Shown in pieces: positions 1 to 6,770 of a stretch of 60,474 nt of DNA. This stretch comes from a virus. Taxonomy: Duplodnaviria > Caudoviricetes. Both the position numbers and the translations under genes were made by a program. Within the stretch, counting starts at the first letter, position 1, and each line of letters starts with the position of its first letter. Under the pieces are notes generated by a model. That model was not told the origin of the DNA, ran no database searches, and saw only the letters and a list, made by a program, of their open reading frames with translations. The stretch lies in IMG/VR virus record IMGVR_UViG_3300020365_000015, positions 1-60,474 of that record, one strand, 5' to 3'.

Positions 1-2
1 AA

Positions 3-119
3 GCACCAGTGAAAGAACCACGCTTCGACCTCCGTATCATTCAAGAGCGTGAGTTTGTTCTTGAAAAGTGCGACTGGTCTGGCGGTTATCTCTACAAGAA
101 TGCATACTACCAGGGTTGA
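3..119 (+). CDS. 3' end of conserved cyanophage hypothetical protein (partial)
   Basis: Frame from nt 3 reads APVKEPRFDLRIIQEREFVLEKCDWSGGYLYKNAYYQG, stop TGA 117-119; truncated by the window start. Confidence 0.7.
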   Translation, partial: APVKEPRFDLRIIQEREFVLEKCDWSGGYLYKNAYYQG

Positions 120-144
120 CACCCTGACCAATACATAGTATACT
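111..144 (+). promoter_or_regulatory. sigma70-type early promoter
   Basis: TTGACA 116-121, 17-nt spacer, TATACT 139-144; the -35 lies within the inverted repeat CAGGGT-TGAC-ACCCTG (111-126). Confidence 0.85.
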
Positions 145-166
145 ATCAATCCACGCTTCTCCTCCA

Positions 167-394
167 ATGTCTGCTCCTCAGTTCTATCTTGTTGCTGATG
201 GCAATGCTTATGCAATCGATGGTGATGATCTCTATGGTGCGCCAGTTAATCTTGACGGCACTGTTGATTGGGATTGCGCCTATGATTTTGATCCCTGTGA
301 TGAAGATGTTGAATACGTAGCACACATGTGCTATTATCTTAAGCAAGCACAGCAGCTTACTCTCGAACAAAACAGCGAGGTTTTCGTTAAATGA
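167..394 (+). CDS. hypothetical protein (acidic, 75 aa)
   Basis: ATG 22 nt after the -10 box; overlaps next gene by ATGA-type coupling. Confidence 0.75.
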   Translation: MSAPQFYLVADGNAYAIDGDDLYGAPVNLDGTVDWDCAYDFDPCDEDVEYVAHMCYYLKQAQQLTLEQNSEVFVK

Positions 395-639
395 ACATGC
401 TACAAGAGCACATCCGCGAGTACATCAACCCGTATCCTAACAGATACACTCGTGGAGACTATGAAATTCGTGTCCTTCCGCATGAAGATCTAGATTACGA
501 TGGTGAACAGAAGTATTGGCGCTTGTTCAAGAAGTTTCCTAACGACTTCGCGGCAGCAGCAGTATCTCTGCTCCCTGATGATGTAGAATTCAAAGAGTAC
601 GATCACCTCGCAAACATCCTGTTCGCAACCAAACTATGA
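391..639 (+). CDS. hypothetical protein
   Basis: 82-aa ORF coupled to both neighbours. Confidence 0.75.
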   Translation: MNMLQEHIREYINPYPNRYTRGDYEIRVLPHEDLDYDGEQKYWRLFKKFPNDFAAAAVSLLPDDVEFKEYDHLANILFATKL

Positions 640-884
640 GCTCCTTCAACTACACTGACGACAGCAGCACCGTAGAGCGCCTGTCTGAGCAACGTGATGA
701 CATCTATGAGTATGTTGTCTCCCAGTTCCGTGTTCACATGTCCAATGATGACATCGACAGTGCTATGGCACTTGCTGATGAATTCTATGAGTGGATGGAC
801 CCCAATCAACTGGAAGAAGAGGTGACAGCATTCTTTGATGAGCATGAACTCCGTAATCTCTATCAATCAAAGATCAATGACTGA
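636..884 (+). CDS. hypothetical protein (acidic)
   Basis: 82-aa ORF, ATGA overlap with upstream gene. Confidence 0.75.
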   Translation: MSSFNYTDDSSTVERLSEQRDDIYEYVVSQFRVHMSNDDIDSAMALADEFYEWMDPNQLEEEVTAFFDEHELRNLYQSKIND

Positions 885-1026
885 CATTACTATCAGTGAT
901 GAGATGCGTGATCTCATTGTACAGTACATGACAGCATGTAATGAGGGCAGGTATGCTGACTCTGAACAACTATTAGAACAAATCAAAGTACAAGGACAGA
1001 TTGATCATGAAGAACGTTCTGCTTAG
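877..1026 (+). CDS. hypothetical protein
   Basis: ATG 877 (MTDITISDEMRDL...) within track ORF 835..1026; tiles the operon. Confidence 0.6.
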   Translation: MTDITISDEMRDLIVQYMTACNEGRYADSEQLLEQIKVQGQIDHEERSA

Positions 1027-1684
1027 TGCTTTAACAGCACTATCATTAACATCAGCAGGTATTGCCCTCGCTAATGAGAACAAAATCACCCAAGGATACA
1101 ATAGCATGGATGCTATGGGTTGTATGCTACTGCGTGAGTGTACCAAAGATGTAGAGGAAGTTTATTCACTCCTTGACATCTCCTCACAGTATGATAATAC
1201 TGATGAGTTCACACCATTAGCAGCAGAGTTCAATGCTATGCTGATGGCAATGCATCAGGTTGGTATCAAAGTATATCTTGCTGATCAACGATACTTCCCC
1301 GTCATGCATCGTGGTGTTTATCACACTGTATCCAACAATGTGTATCTCAACAGGAGATACATGGGTGAACCACATATCCTGATGCAATTGATGAGGCATG
1401 AAGGATGGCACGCTGCACAAGACTGTATGGCAGGCACAATTGAGAATAGTATGATCGCTATCATCAAACCAGAGGAGGAAGTTCCTATGATCTGGAGAGT
1501 GCTAGCAGAGCGTACATATCCTAAGAGTGCTGTACCATGGGAGGCAGAAGCGCAATGGGCGGGTAGAACTGAAGGCATGACCATGAAAGCACTCCAAGCA
1601 TGTGCTAGGGGTAAAATGTGGACAGAATACCAACCGACTCCTCTGACACGACAGTGGTTAGAAGAGAATAAATACATCGACTGA
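1007..1684 (+). CDS. secreted/periplasmic protein with HEXXH zinc-metallopeptidase-like motif
   Basis: N-terminal signal peptide MKNVLLSALTALSLTSAGIALA; RHEGWH motif with downstream WEAEA (candidate third ligand). Confidence 0.7.
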   Translation: MKNVLLSALTALSLTSAGIALANENKITQGYNSMDAMGCMLLRECTKDVEEVYSLLDISSQYDNTDEFTPLAAEFNAMLMAMHQVGIKVYLADQRYFPVMHRGVYHTVSNNVYLNRRYMGEPHILMQLMRHEGWHAAQDCMAGTIENSMIAIIKPEEEVPMIWRVLAERTYPKSAVPWEAEAQWAGRTEGMTMKALQACARGKMWTEYQPTPLTRQWLEENKYID

Positions 1685-1705
1685 TTTTATTACACACTGA
1701 TAATC

Positions 1706-1969
1706 ATGGCACAAATTCCTCCTTTTAAGACTGATTCTGAAACTGCTGCTAACTTGTGGTGGGACATGTTTGAGCAGAAGGTTGAAACAAAGTATCGTAT
1801 GGCGACAACAATGGCATCTCGCTTCTGGCCAAATAAAGATTGGAATGATCTTACCGATGCACAATATGAGATGATTACTCATTATTGTAATGTAATCATG
1901 TTTGAAACAACTGAATCTGTACGTGCAAAAGTAGAAGTCGGTACACAAGAATACGAAGATCTGCTCTGA
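1706..1969 (+). CDS. hypothetical protein
   Basis: 87-aa ORF; TGATG coupling to next gene. Confidence 0.7.
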   Translation: MAQIPPFKTDSETAANLWWDMFEQKVETKYRMATTMASRFWPNKDWNDLTDAQYEMITHYCNVIMFETTESVRAKVEVGTQEYEDLL

Positions 1970-2295
1970 TGCCTACCTTAACTGTTCAACAATATGCCAG
2001 CACGGAAGACCTCTACATCGAAATCCCCAAAGAACTCGACTGGAAAGAAGGCGACACCCTCTGCTGGCAAATCGACACGCAAGGCAACATCGTCATCCAC
2101 AACACAACAAAACCTAAAAAAGAATACCCAGAAACTTACTACGACTCCCAAAGTGAAGGGATCGACTTCGACCAAACGTACAACGACTACATCGAAGAAA
2201 CCGCAAAAGAAACCTTCGGACAATACTACCACAGTCCAGAAGCGCAAGGCGGTTGGTACGCGGTCAAAGAAGAAGCAATCAAACGATACTCTTAA
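1969..2295 (+). CDS. AbrB/MazE/SpoVT-like DNA-binding domain protein with acidic tail
   Basis: LYIEIPKELDWKEGDTLCWQIDTQGNIVI resembles the swapped-hairpin pattern IP-(x)n-W/L-x-EGD-x-L; coupled start. Confidence 0.6.
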   Translation: MPTLTVQQYASTEDLYIEIPKELDWKEGDTLCWQIDTQGNIVIHNTTKPKKEYPETYYDSQSEGIDFDQTYNDYIEETAKETFGQYYHSPEAQGGWYAVKEEAIKRYS

Positions 2296-2299
2296 GATC

Positions 2300-2467
2300 A
2301 TGAATTCAAGGAAGATCGAGTTCTTCCCACATATTGAGACGTTCCCTATCTTCCTTCATGACCTTACAGAATCCAAACGATGCTGGTTCACATGCCCAGA
2401 ACACGCCCAAAAGTACATCGATAGATACAAACACGATTACAAGTGCTACCAATACACAGGTAAGTAA
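2300..2467 (+). CDS. hypothetical protein (may start at ATG 1994 with a basic overprinted extension)
   Basis: MNSRKIEFFPHIETFPIFLHDLTESKRCWFTCPEHAQKYIDRY; same frame open from ATG 1994. Confidence 0.65.
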   Translation: MNSRKIEFFPHIETFPIFLHDLTESKRCWFTCPEHAQKYIDRYKHDYKCYQYTGK

Positions 2468-2597
2468 TCCTACTGTCCCACTTGTACTATCATTCCTTGC
2501 ATGTTTAGTCTTCGCCCTAATCATCATAGCATTAGGATATATCAAAGGCAATATGCATATCGAAGCAGTATACCACTCTCTTACTAACTTCACATGA
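2334..2597 (+). CDS. small membrane protein (start uncertain)
   Basis: Hydrophobic helix VPLVLSFLACLVFALIIIALGYI; stop overlaps next ATG. Confidence 0.5.
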   Translation: MRRSLSSFMTLQNPNDAGSHAQNTPKSTSIDTNTITSATNTQVSNPTVPLVLSFLACLVFALIIIALGYIKGNMHIEAVYHSLTNFT

Positions 2598-2758
2598 ACC
2601 TCTCTTTGCAAGAAGTCGAACACATCCTTACAGCACTCAATAACATGTCTAATCATGATATTGCCCGTGCTAGAGAGATGATTGTACCAGGCACTACTGA
2701 TCATAACAAACTAATAGACAAACTACAAACATACAAGTACAGACTCCAACGACCATGA
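2594..2758 (+). CDS. hypothetical protein (54 aa, not in ORF track)
   Basis: MNLSLQEVEHILTALNNMSNHDIARAREMIVPGTTDHNKLIDKLQTYKYRLQRP*, ATGA overlaps on both sides. Confidence 0.65.
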   Translation: MNLSLQEVEHILTALNNMSNHDIARAREMIVPGTTDHNKLIDKLQTYKYRLQRP

Positions 2759-2835
2759 GTGCCCTATTTGTACTATCATTGATGATATTACTTACAATCA
2801 CAATGGAGATGACATGGGGTGTTAAACGAAGATAG
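2755..2835 (+). CDS. putative 26-aa membrane peptide
   Basis: MSALFVLSLMILLTITMEMTWGVKRR*, ATGA-coupled to upstream ORF. Confidence 0.35.
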   Translation: MSALFVLSLMILLTITMEMTWGVKRR

Positions 2836-3037
2836 AAATAAACAATGGACTCATGGTGGACTACCACGACAAAGTGTCAACATACTACGACTAATCTCTG
2901 AACTAGAAGGATCATACCAATTGACCAAATACATGGCATTTGATGAAGATAATGCTATACTAGATGAGATGAAGAAACGATACTACAAACTGTACTTTCA
3001 AACAGTTAAACAAGAGAAGAATGACACCAACAATTAA
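2819..3037 (+). CDS. hypothetical protein (start uncertain)
   Basis: 72-aa ORF, GGLPRQSVNILRLISELEGSYQL. Confidence 0.6.
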   Translation: MLNEDRNKQWTHGGLPRQSVNILRLISELEGSYQLTKYMAFDEDNAILDEMKKRYYKLYFQTVKQEKNDTNN

Positions 3038-3221
3038 ATCATTTACATGCACATCAACTGAACCATACGATAGACATTACTACACAGTAGATGACAACGT
3101 ATTCCATGATTATGAACAACTAAGGGCATGGTGGTGGCAACAGGGTATCACTGAAGGACTAACAGTTAATGTAATGGACTATACAACACAGAAGCGCGTC
3201 AGTCAGGCACAGGGTTTTTGA
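3021..3221 (+). CDS. hypothetical protein
   Basis: 66-aa ORF, FTCTSTEPYDRHYY...YEQLRAWWWQ. Confidence 0.65.
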   Translation: MTPTIKSFTCTSTEPYDRHYYTVDDNVFHDYEQLRAWWWQQGITEGLTVNVMDYTTQKRVSQAQGF

Positions 3222-3362
3222 ACCATCTCTCCCCCTCGGTGAACATATTATTAAATCATTAAAAAAATATACCATAGTAGCTCTGTAGATACTGTAAAGA
3301 TACCTGGAAGGCACTCCAGAGACGTTGGCTTAGCACGCTACCCATCGAAAGTCAACAAAGCA

Positions 3363-3421
3363 TGTGCCACCCCTCAAAGTGGCACAGAGACCCTCAGAAA
3401 CCCTCAGAAGTACGGTATATT
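3363..3421 (+). promoter_or_regulatory. inverted-repeat promoter element, copy 1
   Basis: TGTGCCAC-N8-GTGGCACA (perfect IR, 3363-3386), 29 nt, TATATT 3416-3421. Confidence 0.7.
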
Positions 3422-3447
3422 ACATTCATGGGAATCCAAGATTCTCT

Positions 3448-3513
3448 AAAAACTCAAAAATCTTAAATATTCACTTTTTTGACTTTTTAAGAATTTAAGA
3501 TTTTTGAGTTTTT
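3448..3513. repeat. perfect 21-bp AT-rich inverted repeat with 24-nt loop
   Basis: AAAAACTCAAAAATCTTAAAT (3448-3468) and ATTTAAGATTTTTGAGTTTTT (3493-3513). Confidence 0.95.
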
Positions 3514-3539
3514 CTTAAATTTCAACTTTTAACTCTTTC

Positions 3540-3776
3540 ATGTTCGTGACTAACTACGAAAACCTTAATAGTTCAGCTATTAATACACTAAAAGTAGAAG
3601 AAACTAGTGTATTAATCACATATAATAGTAATATTGACAAAGAATACGAGTTTTCTTGTCAAAACACTGATAAATTCAGTGATAAAGTGTCAAATACTCT
3701 AAAAAACAGTGAAAGTATTGGTAAACTAATCAATACTAGTATTAAACAAGGTATTCTCGTTCCTGTCACTAAATAA
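3540..3776 (+). CDS. KTSC-like small protein
   Basis: SSAI...VLITY....EYEF...ESIGKLINTSIK resembles the KTSC pattern (SSxI...LxVxF...YxY...SxGxxxNxxIK); recognised by eye. Confidence 0.55.
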   Translation: MFVTNYENLNSSAINTLKVEETSVLITYNSNIDKEYEFSCQNTDKFSDKVSNTLKNSESIGKLINTSIKQGILVPVTK

Positions 3777-3810
3777 TCACTCAATTGAGTTAGAAACTAA
3801 CTACAAAACA

Positions 3811-3969
3811 ATGGGCAAAAGGTACAATCAGAACGACAACTCAAAGTATCAACAATTCGATGATGACTTTGAAGACTTTGGTTACGAAGTGAAGAATATT
3901 CGCAGACAGACTAAGAAGAAGGTCGCAAAGTTTAAACGAGAAGTCAATGAGTATGATGACACTTATTGA
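3811..3969 (+). CDS. hypothetical charged protein (52 aa, not in ORF track)
   Basis: MGKRYNQNDNSKYQQFDDDFEDFGYEVKNIRRQTKKKVAKFKREVNEYDDTY*. Confidence 0.65.
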   Translation: MGKRYNQNDNSKYQQFDDDFEDFGYEVKNIRRQTKKKVAKFKREVNEYDDTY

Positions 3970-4012
3970 ACTGGCACAGTAAATCCCCATTCGTCCCTTG
4001 ATCGTGTATTGT
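3955..4012 (+). promoter_or_regulatory. inverted-repeat promoter element, copy 2
   Basis: GATGACAC-N8-CTGGCACA (3955-3978), 28 nt, TATTGT 4007-4012. Confidence 0.65.
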
Positions 4013-4035
4013 ATACATGTTCGAGGGATTTTTTC

Positions 4036-4200
4036 ATGTTCATGCACAGACTACCAAACGGTCAGTTAACAATGCACGAAGGATTGCCACGTCATCTTGC
4101 TATCAAACGCATGGAAGATTACAAGCGTTGGGAACAAGAACACCGTGAAGAATTAGAGCGTGATTCTCAACAACTGTTCGACGATATGTTCGGGGGTTGA
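4036..4200 (+). CDS. hypothetical protein
   Basis: ATG 4036 after GAGGGA SD-like sequence; MFMHRLPNGQLTMHEGLPRH... Confidence 0.65.
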   Translation: MFMHRLPNGQLTMHEGLPRHLAIKRMEDYKRWEQEHREELERDSQQLFDDMFGG

Positions 4201-4210
4201 TATCACTAAC

Positions 4211-4405
4211 ATGAACAACAACAACAATTTCGTTCCCAATCCTATGCTTGAAATGTTGATGCAACGTGAACAACTCATGGAAGACATTGATTCTATTGTT
4301 GAAACATTTTGTTGGGAGATGTGGGAAGGAAAGTATCCCGAAACCCAAGAAGAATTGACCCGCATTTTGTGTGATGCTGTCTGTAAGAATTTCCCTGTTA
4401 AGTGA
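4211..4405 (+). CDS. hypothetical protein
   Basis: ATG 4211 within track ORF 4160..4405; REQLMEDIDSIVE...LCDAVCKNFP. Confidence 0.7.
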   Translation: MNNNNNFVPNPMLEMLMQREQLMEDIDSIVETFCWEMWEGKYPETQEELTRILCDAVCKNFPVK

Positions 4406-4424
4406 TACAAACTGGTCAGCCGCC

Positions 4425-4482
4425 CCAGACAGTTGACAAGGTGGCACACAAAATAGGCACAGCACCCCAGATCGTGTATTGT
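4425..4482 (+). promoter_or_regulatory. inverted-repeat promoter element, copy 3
   Basis: CCAGACAG-N8-GTGGCACA (4425-4448), 28 nt, TATTGT 4477-4482; shares GATCGTGTATTGTnTACA with copy 2. Confidence 0.65.
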
Positions 4483-4488
4483 GTACAC

Positions 4489-4671
4489 ATGAACAAAACA
4501 CTCCTTTCCAATCCCCAGACCCTGCAGGACCTGCAGGACTTCATGTTTGACACCATGGCATCTGCTGAGATGGCAGTCGATTGGTTCTGTGATCGCTTCA
4601 ACGTGTCCGCAACGGATGACGTGATAGATTACGTATGCGATGCCCACTTCGGCATGTTCGCTGACCAGTGA
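4489..4671 (+). CDS. hypothetical protein (probably leaderless)
   Basis: ATG 4489 lies 7 nt after the -10 box; MNKTLLSNPQTLQDLQDFMFDTM... Confidence 0.7.
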   Translation: MNKTLLSNPQTLQDLQDFMFDTMASAEMAVDWFCDRFNVSATDDVIDYVCDAHFGMFADQ

Positions 4672-4719
4672 GCAAAGTGGCACAGCATCGGTTGTGCCCT
4701 GCCTCATCTCCTGTATTGT
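4661..4719 (+). promoter_or_regulatory. inverted-repeat promoter element, copy 4
   Basis: CTGACCAG-N8-GTGGCACA (4661-4684), 29 nt, TATTGT 4714-4719. Confidence 0.65.
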
Positions 4720-4746
4720 ATAGAAGTCAACCAAACGACACCAAAC

Positions 4747-5088
4747 ATGCGTAAGATCGAACAGCAAATGAATGCCGCTATCAAGGCAGACAAGAACTGG
4801 TCATCAGGCAACACCCAAGTTGTTACCAACGACGGTGTGTCTACTGTGTATCTCCACGGCAACAAGATCGCCATGGTTGATGACACCTCGCTGACCATCT
4901 TTGATGGTGGATGGCAATCCAACACCACCAAATCACGACTCAATGCATTGTGCTCTGAATTCTGCATTGCTGGTGAGGGTGTATTCCAGAAAGACTTTGC
5001 ATGGTATGTTCGCAAGTTCACTGGTGCAATCAACGGCAAAAATGTATACATGACTGAGAACTTCTGCTCTGGTTATGTGTTCGCCTAA
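4747..5088 (+). CDS. conserved cyanophage hypothetical protein
   Basis: 113 aa, MRKIEQQMNAAI...VYLHGNKIA...GGWQSNTTKSRLNAL. Confidence 0.85.
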   Translation: MRKIEQQMNAAIKADKNWSSGNTQVVTNDGVSTVYLHGNKIAMVDDTSLTIFDGGWQSNTTKSRLNALCSEFCIAGEGVFQKDFAWYVRKFTGAINGKNVYMTENFCSGYVFA

Positions 5089-5122
5089 GGGCGACACTTT
5101 GCACACTAACTAACACCAACTC

Positions 5123-5281
5123 ATGACTGACAAAGTTGAACTCTTTGCGTTTCTGTATGATAAATGCAGAGAAGATCGCGACTTGCTTATCAACATTCTT
5201 GGTGAATATGTTGACTCTTTGAGTGATAGCAAACTCATTGAACTTGAAGACTTTCTTGTAAACAACTTCGGAGACAATTGA
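5123..5281 (+). CDS. hypothetical protein (52 aa, not in ORF track)
   Basis: MTDKVELFAFLYDKCREDRDLLINILGEYVDSLSDSKLIELEDFLVNNFGDN*, TGATG-coupled to next gene. Confidence 0.65.
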   Translation: MTDKVELFAFLYDKCREDRDLLINILGEYVDSLSDSKLIELEDFLVNNFGDN

Positions 5282-5469
5282 TGACTAAAGACAACATCAT
5301 CGACCGCGACGAATTGCAAGCAAACTATATCAACCGCGTCTTAGACGGTCTTGATATTAAAGACATGATGGCAATTCTTTATGATCAATTTGATGAGAAT
5401 TTTGACAAGTATACTATCGATGAACTGATTGAAGAGGTGAACGAATACTATCCAGATTTGCTGGACTAA
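5281..5469 (+). CDS. hypothetical acidic protein
   Basis: MTKDNIIDRDELQANYI...EEVNEYYPDLLD. Confidence 0.75.
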   Translation: MTKDNIIDRDELQANYINRVLDGLDIKDMMAILYDQFDENFDKYTIDELIEEVNEYYPDLLD

Positions 5470-5541
5470 GTAACACGAATTCCACACTGCAGACAGTTCA
5501 ATGTCCCATTATGCCATGCCATCCCTGCCTGTAGTGGGTAG

Positions 5542-5601
5542 GGGTTCACTTGACAGACTGTCCACCTATGTCGCCATTGGCAAGGGTCTTGCCTCTATAA
5601 T
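5542..5601 (+). promoter_or_regulatory. inverted-repeat promoter element, copy 5
   Basis: GGGTTCAC-N8-CTGTCCAC (5542-5565), 30 nt, TATAAT 5596-5601. Confidence 0.6.
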
Positions 5602-5626
5602 TAGATCATTCAAACGCAACTGATTC

Positions 5627-5854
5627 ATGTTCGCAGTTCAACCCGTCGCCTTCGGCAACTTTGATGAGCACGGTGCAGACTACACCCCAACCATTCAGGG
5701 TGCCTATCGTATCGCAGGGCAACGCATGGCATCGGGTGAGTCTGACCAGATGATCTATCGTCTCACCACTGGAGAACCCATCGCATGGGTGCGGGTCTAT
5801 GAAGGGGAGAACGTCGATGCTGTGACGCCTGACGCACTGGCACTGCTCGCCTGA
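5627..5854 (+). CDS. hypothetical protein
   Basis: 75-aa ORF directly downstream of copy-5 promoter. Confidence 0.75.
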   Translation: MFAVQPVAFGNFDEHGADYTPTIQGAYRIAGQRMASGESDQMIYRLTTGEPIAWVRVYEGENVDAVTPDALALLA

Positions 5855-5879
5855 TTCTGCCCACCTGACCCCTTACAAT
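5821..5879 (+). promoter_or_regulatory. inverted-repeat promoter element, copy 6
   Basis: TGTGACGC-N8-CTGGCACT (5821-5844), 29 nt, TACAAT 5874-5879. Confidence 0.6.
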
Positions 5880-5885
5880 AGACCC

Positions 5886-6062
5886 ATGAACAAAATCACT
5901 TTCGACAGCAACGGCATCTACGCTTCCAACCCCATGCTGGCACGTATCGCCATGGAGTGCATTGAGCGTGAGCGTCAGGAACGTGCCTGCCGTGCTGCCA
6001 TGCATGACCAGGACCTAGATGGTGGACAGTGGGGAGTCTGGAACATCAGTGATCGCCACTGA
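5886..6062 (+). CDS. hypothetical protein (58 aa, probably leaderless, not in ORF track)
   Basis: MNKITFDSNGIYASNPMLARIAMECIERERQERACRAAMHDQDLDGGQWGVWNISDRH*; ATG 7 nt after TACAAT. Confidence 0.7.
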   Translation: MNKITFDSNGIYASNPMLARIAMECIERERQERACRAAMHDQDLDGGQWGVWNISDRH

Positions 6063-6081
6063 CCCCAGCACCGTCTACAAT
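6022..6081 (+). promoter_or_regulatory. inverted-repeat promoter element, copy 7
   Basis: GTGGACAG-N8-CTGGAACA (6022-6045), 30 nt, TACAAT 6076-6081. Confidence 0.6.
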
Positions 6082-6105
6082 ACACACATCAACAACACAC
6101 AACAC

Positions 6106-6348
6106 ATGGCAGACAACACCTACAACGGTTGGACAAATTGGGAGACATGGTGTGCATCACTGTGGATCAACAATGAAGAGCATTTGTATCGCACCGCTCG
6201 CATTTATGGGCACAGTGGATATGATAAACTCGTCCCATATCTGCAGGCATATAGCATGACAAATGGAGACGGATTGATGTGGGAAGATAGCAACATCGAC
6301 CGTGAAGAGATGGACGAAATGTTAGAAGAACTCTGCAATAACTACTGA
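6106..6348 (+). CDS. phage hypothetical protein (YNGWTNWETW type)
   Basis: ATG 6106; MADNTYNGWTNWETWCASLWINNEE. Confidence 0.8.
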   Translation: MADNTYNGWTNWETWCASLWINNEEHLYRTARIYGHSGYDKLVPYLQAYSMTNGDGLMWEDSNIDREEMDEMLEELCNNY

Positions 6349-6363
6349 GCAGACAGTATACCT

Positions 6364-6394
6364 GGGGGACAGTTAATTGCCCCCCTTATTTGTT
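6364..6394 (+). terminator. putative intrinsic terminator closing the early region
   Basis: GGGGG(A)CAGT-TA-ATTGCCCCC stem followed by TTATTTGTT. Confidence 0.55.
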
Positions 6395-6457
6395 ACTTAG
6401 GGTCGCCAAGCGAAAATCGAAGGGTCCCTCTAACCTACAAAAGTATCCAGACGCTCG

Positions 6458-6464
6458 CTAAATA
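6458..6464 (+). promoter_or_regulatory. T4-type late promoter
   Basis: CTAAATA upstream of the first late-region ORFs. Confidence 0.6.
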
Positions 6465-6521
6465 ATTTTGAAAATGGTTTTTTCAAAACCTTGAAAACCA
6501 AAAAATTTTCCCAGCAAAAAA

Positions 6522-6770
6522 ATGAGTGAAAACCGTTTCAAGACCTTTGATGATATTGTGAATAACTTTGAGGAGTTTTGCGATGCATTTGAGGGACGCG
6601 CCGCTGAGGCATTCATGAGAGGAGATCAAAATGATGGAAGAGTTAATCAAGCAGCAGCAGAGTCTGGAGCAAGCACTCCTAAAGCTGTCAGAGAGGTTGC
6701 AGAACCTGGACCAACGGATCACCCAGCTGGAGCGCCCTACGTTGATGTACCGCAGACCTTCGGGGAGTGA
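6522..6770 (+). CDS. hypothetical protein
   Basis: 82 aa; first ATG after late promoter; overlaps next ORF by 140 nt. Confidence 0.5.
   Translation: MSENRFKTFDDIVNNFEEFCDAFEGRAAEAFMRGDQNDGRVNQAAAESGASTPKAVREVAEPGPTDHPAGAPYVDVPQTFGE

Noticed and set aside
3390-3409. Tandem ACCCTCAGAA x2 (and CCTGCAGGA x2 near 4521)
   Set aside because: Only two short copies each; consistent with local slippage duplication and no evident function.
4433-5555. TTGACA hexamers at 4433 and 5550 as -35 boxes
   Set aside because: They lie in the IR spacers 38-40 nt from the -10 hexamers, too far for sigma70 spacing.
3363-6081. Repeated GTGGCACA-type elements as a CRISPR array or integron attC array
   Set aside because: Repeats are short and degenerate, separated by whole genes at irregular distances, and no cas or integrase gene is in the window; the fixed spacing to a -10 box fits a promoter better.
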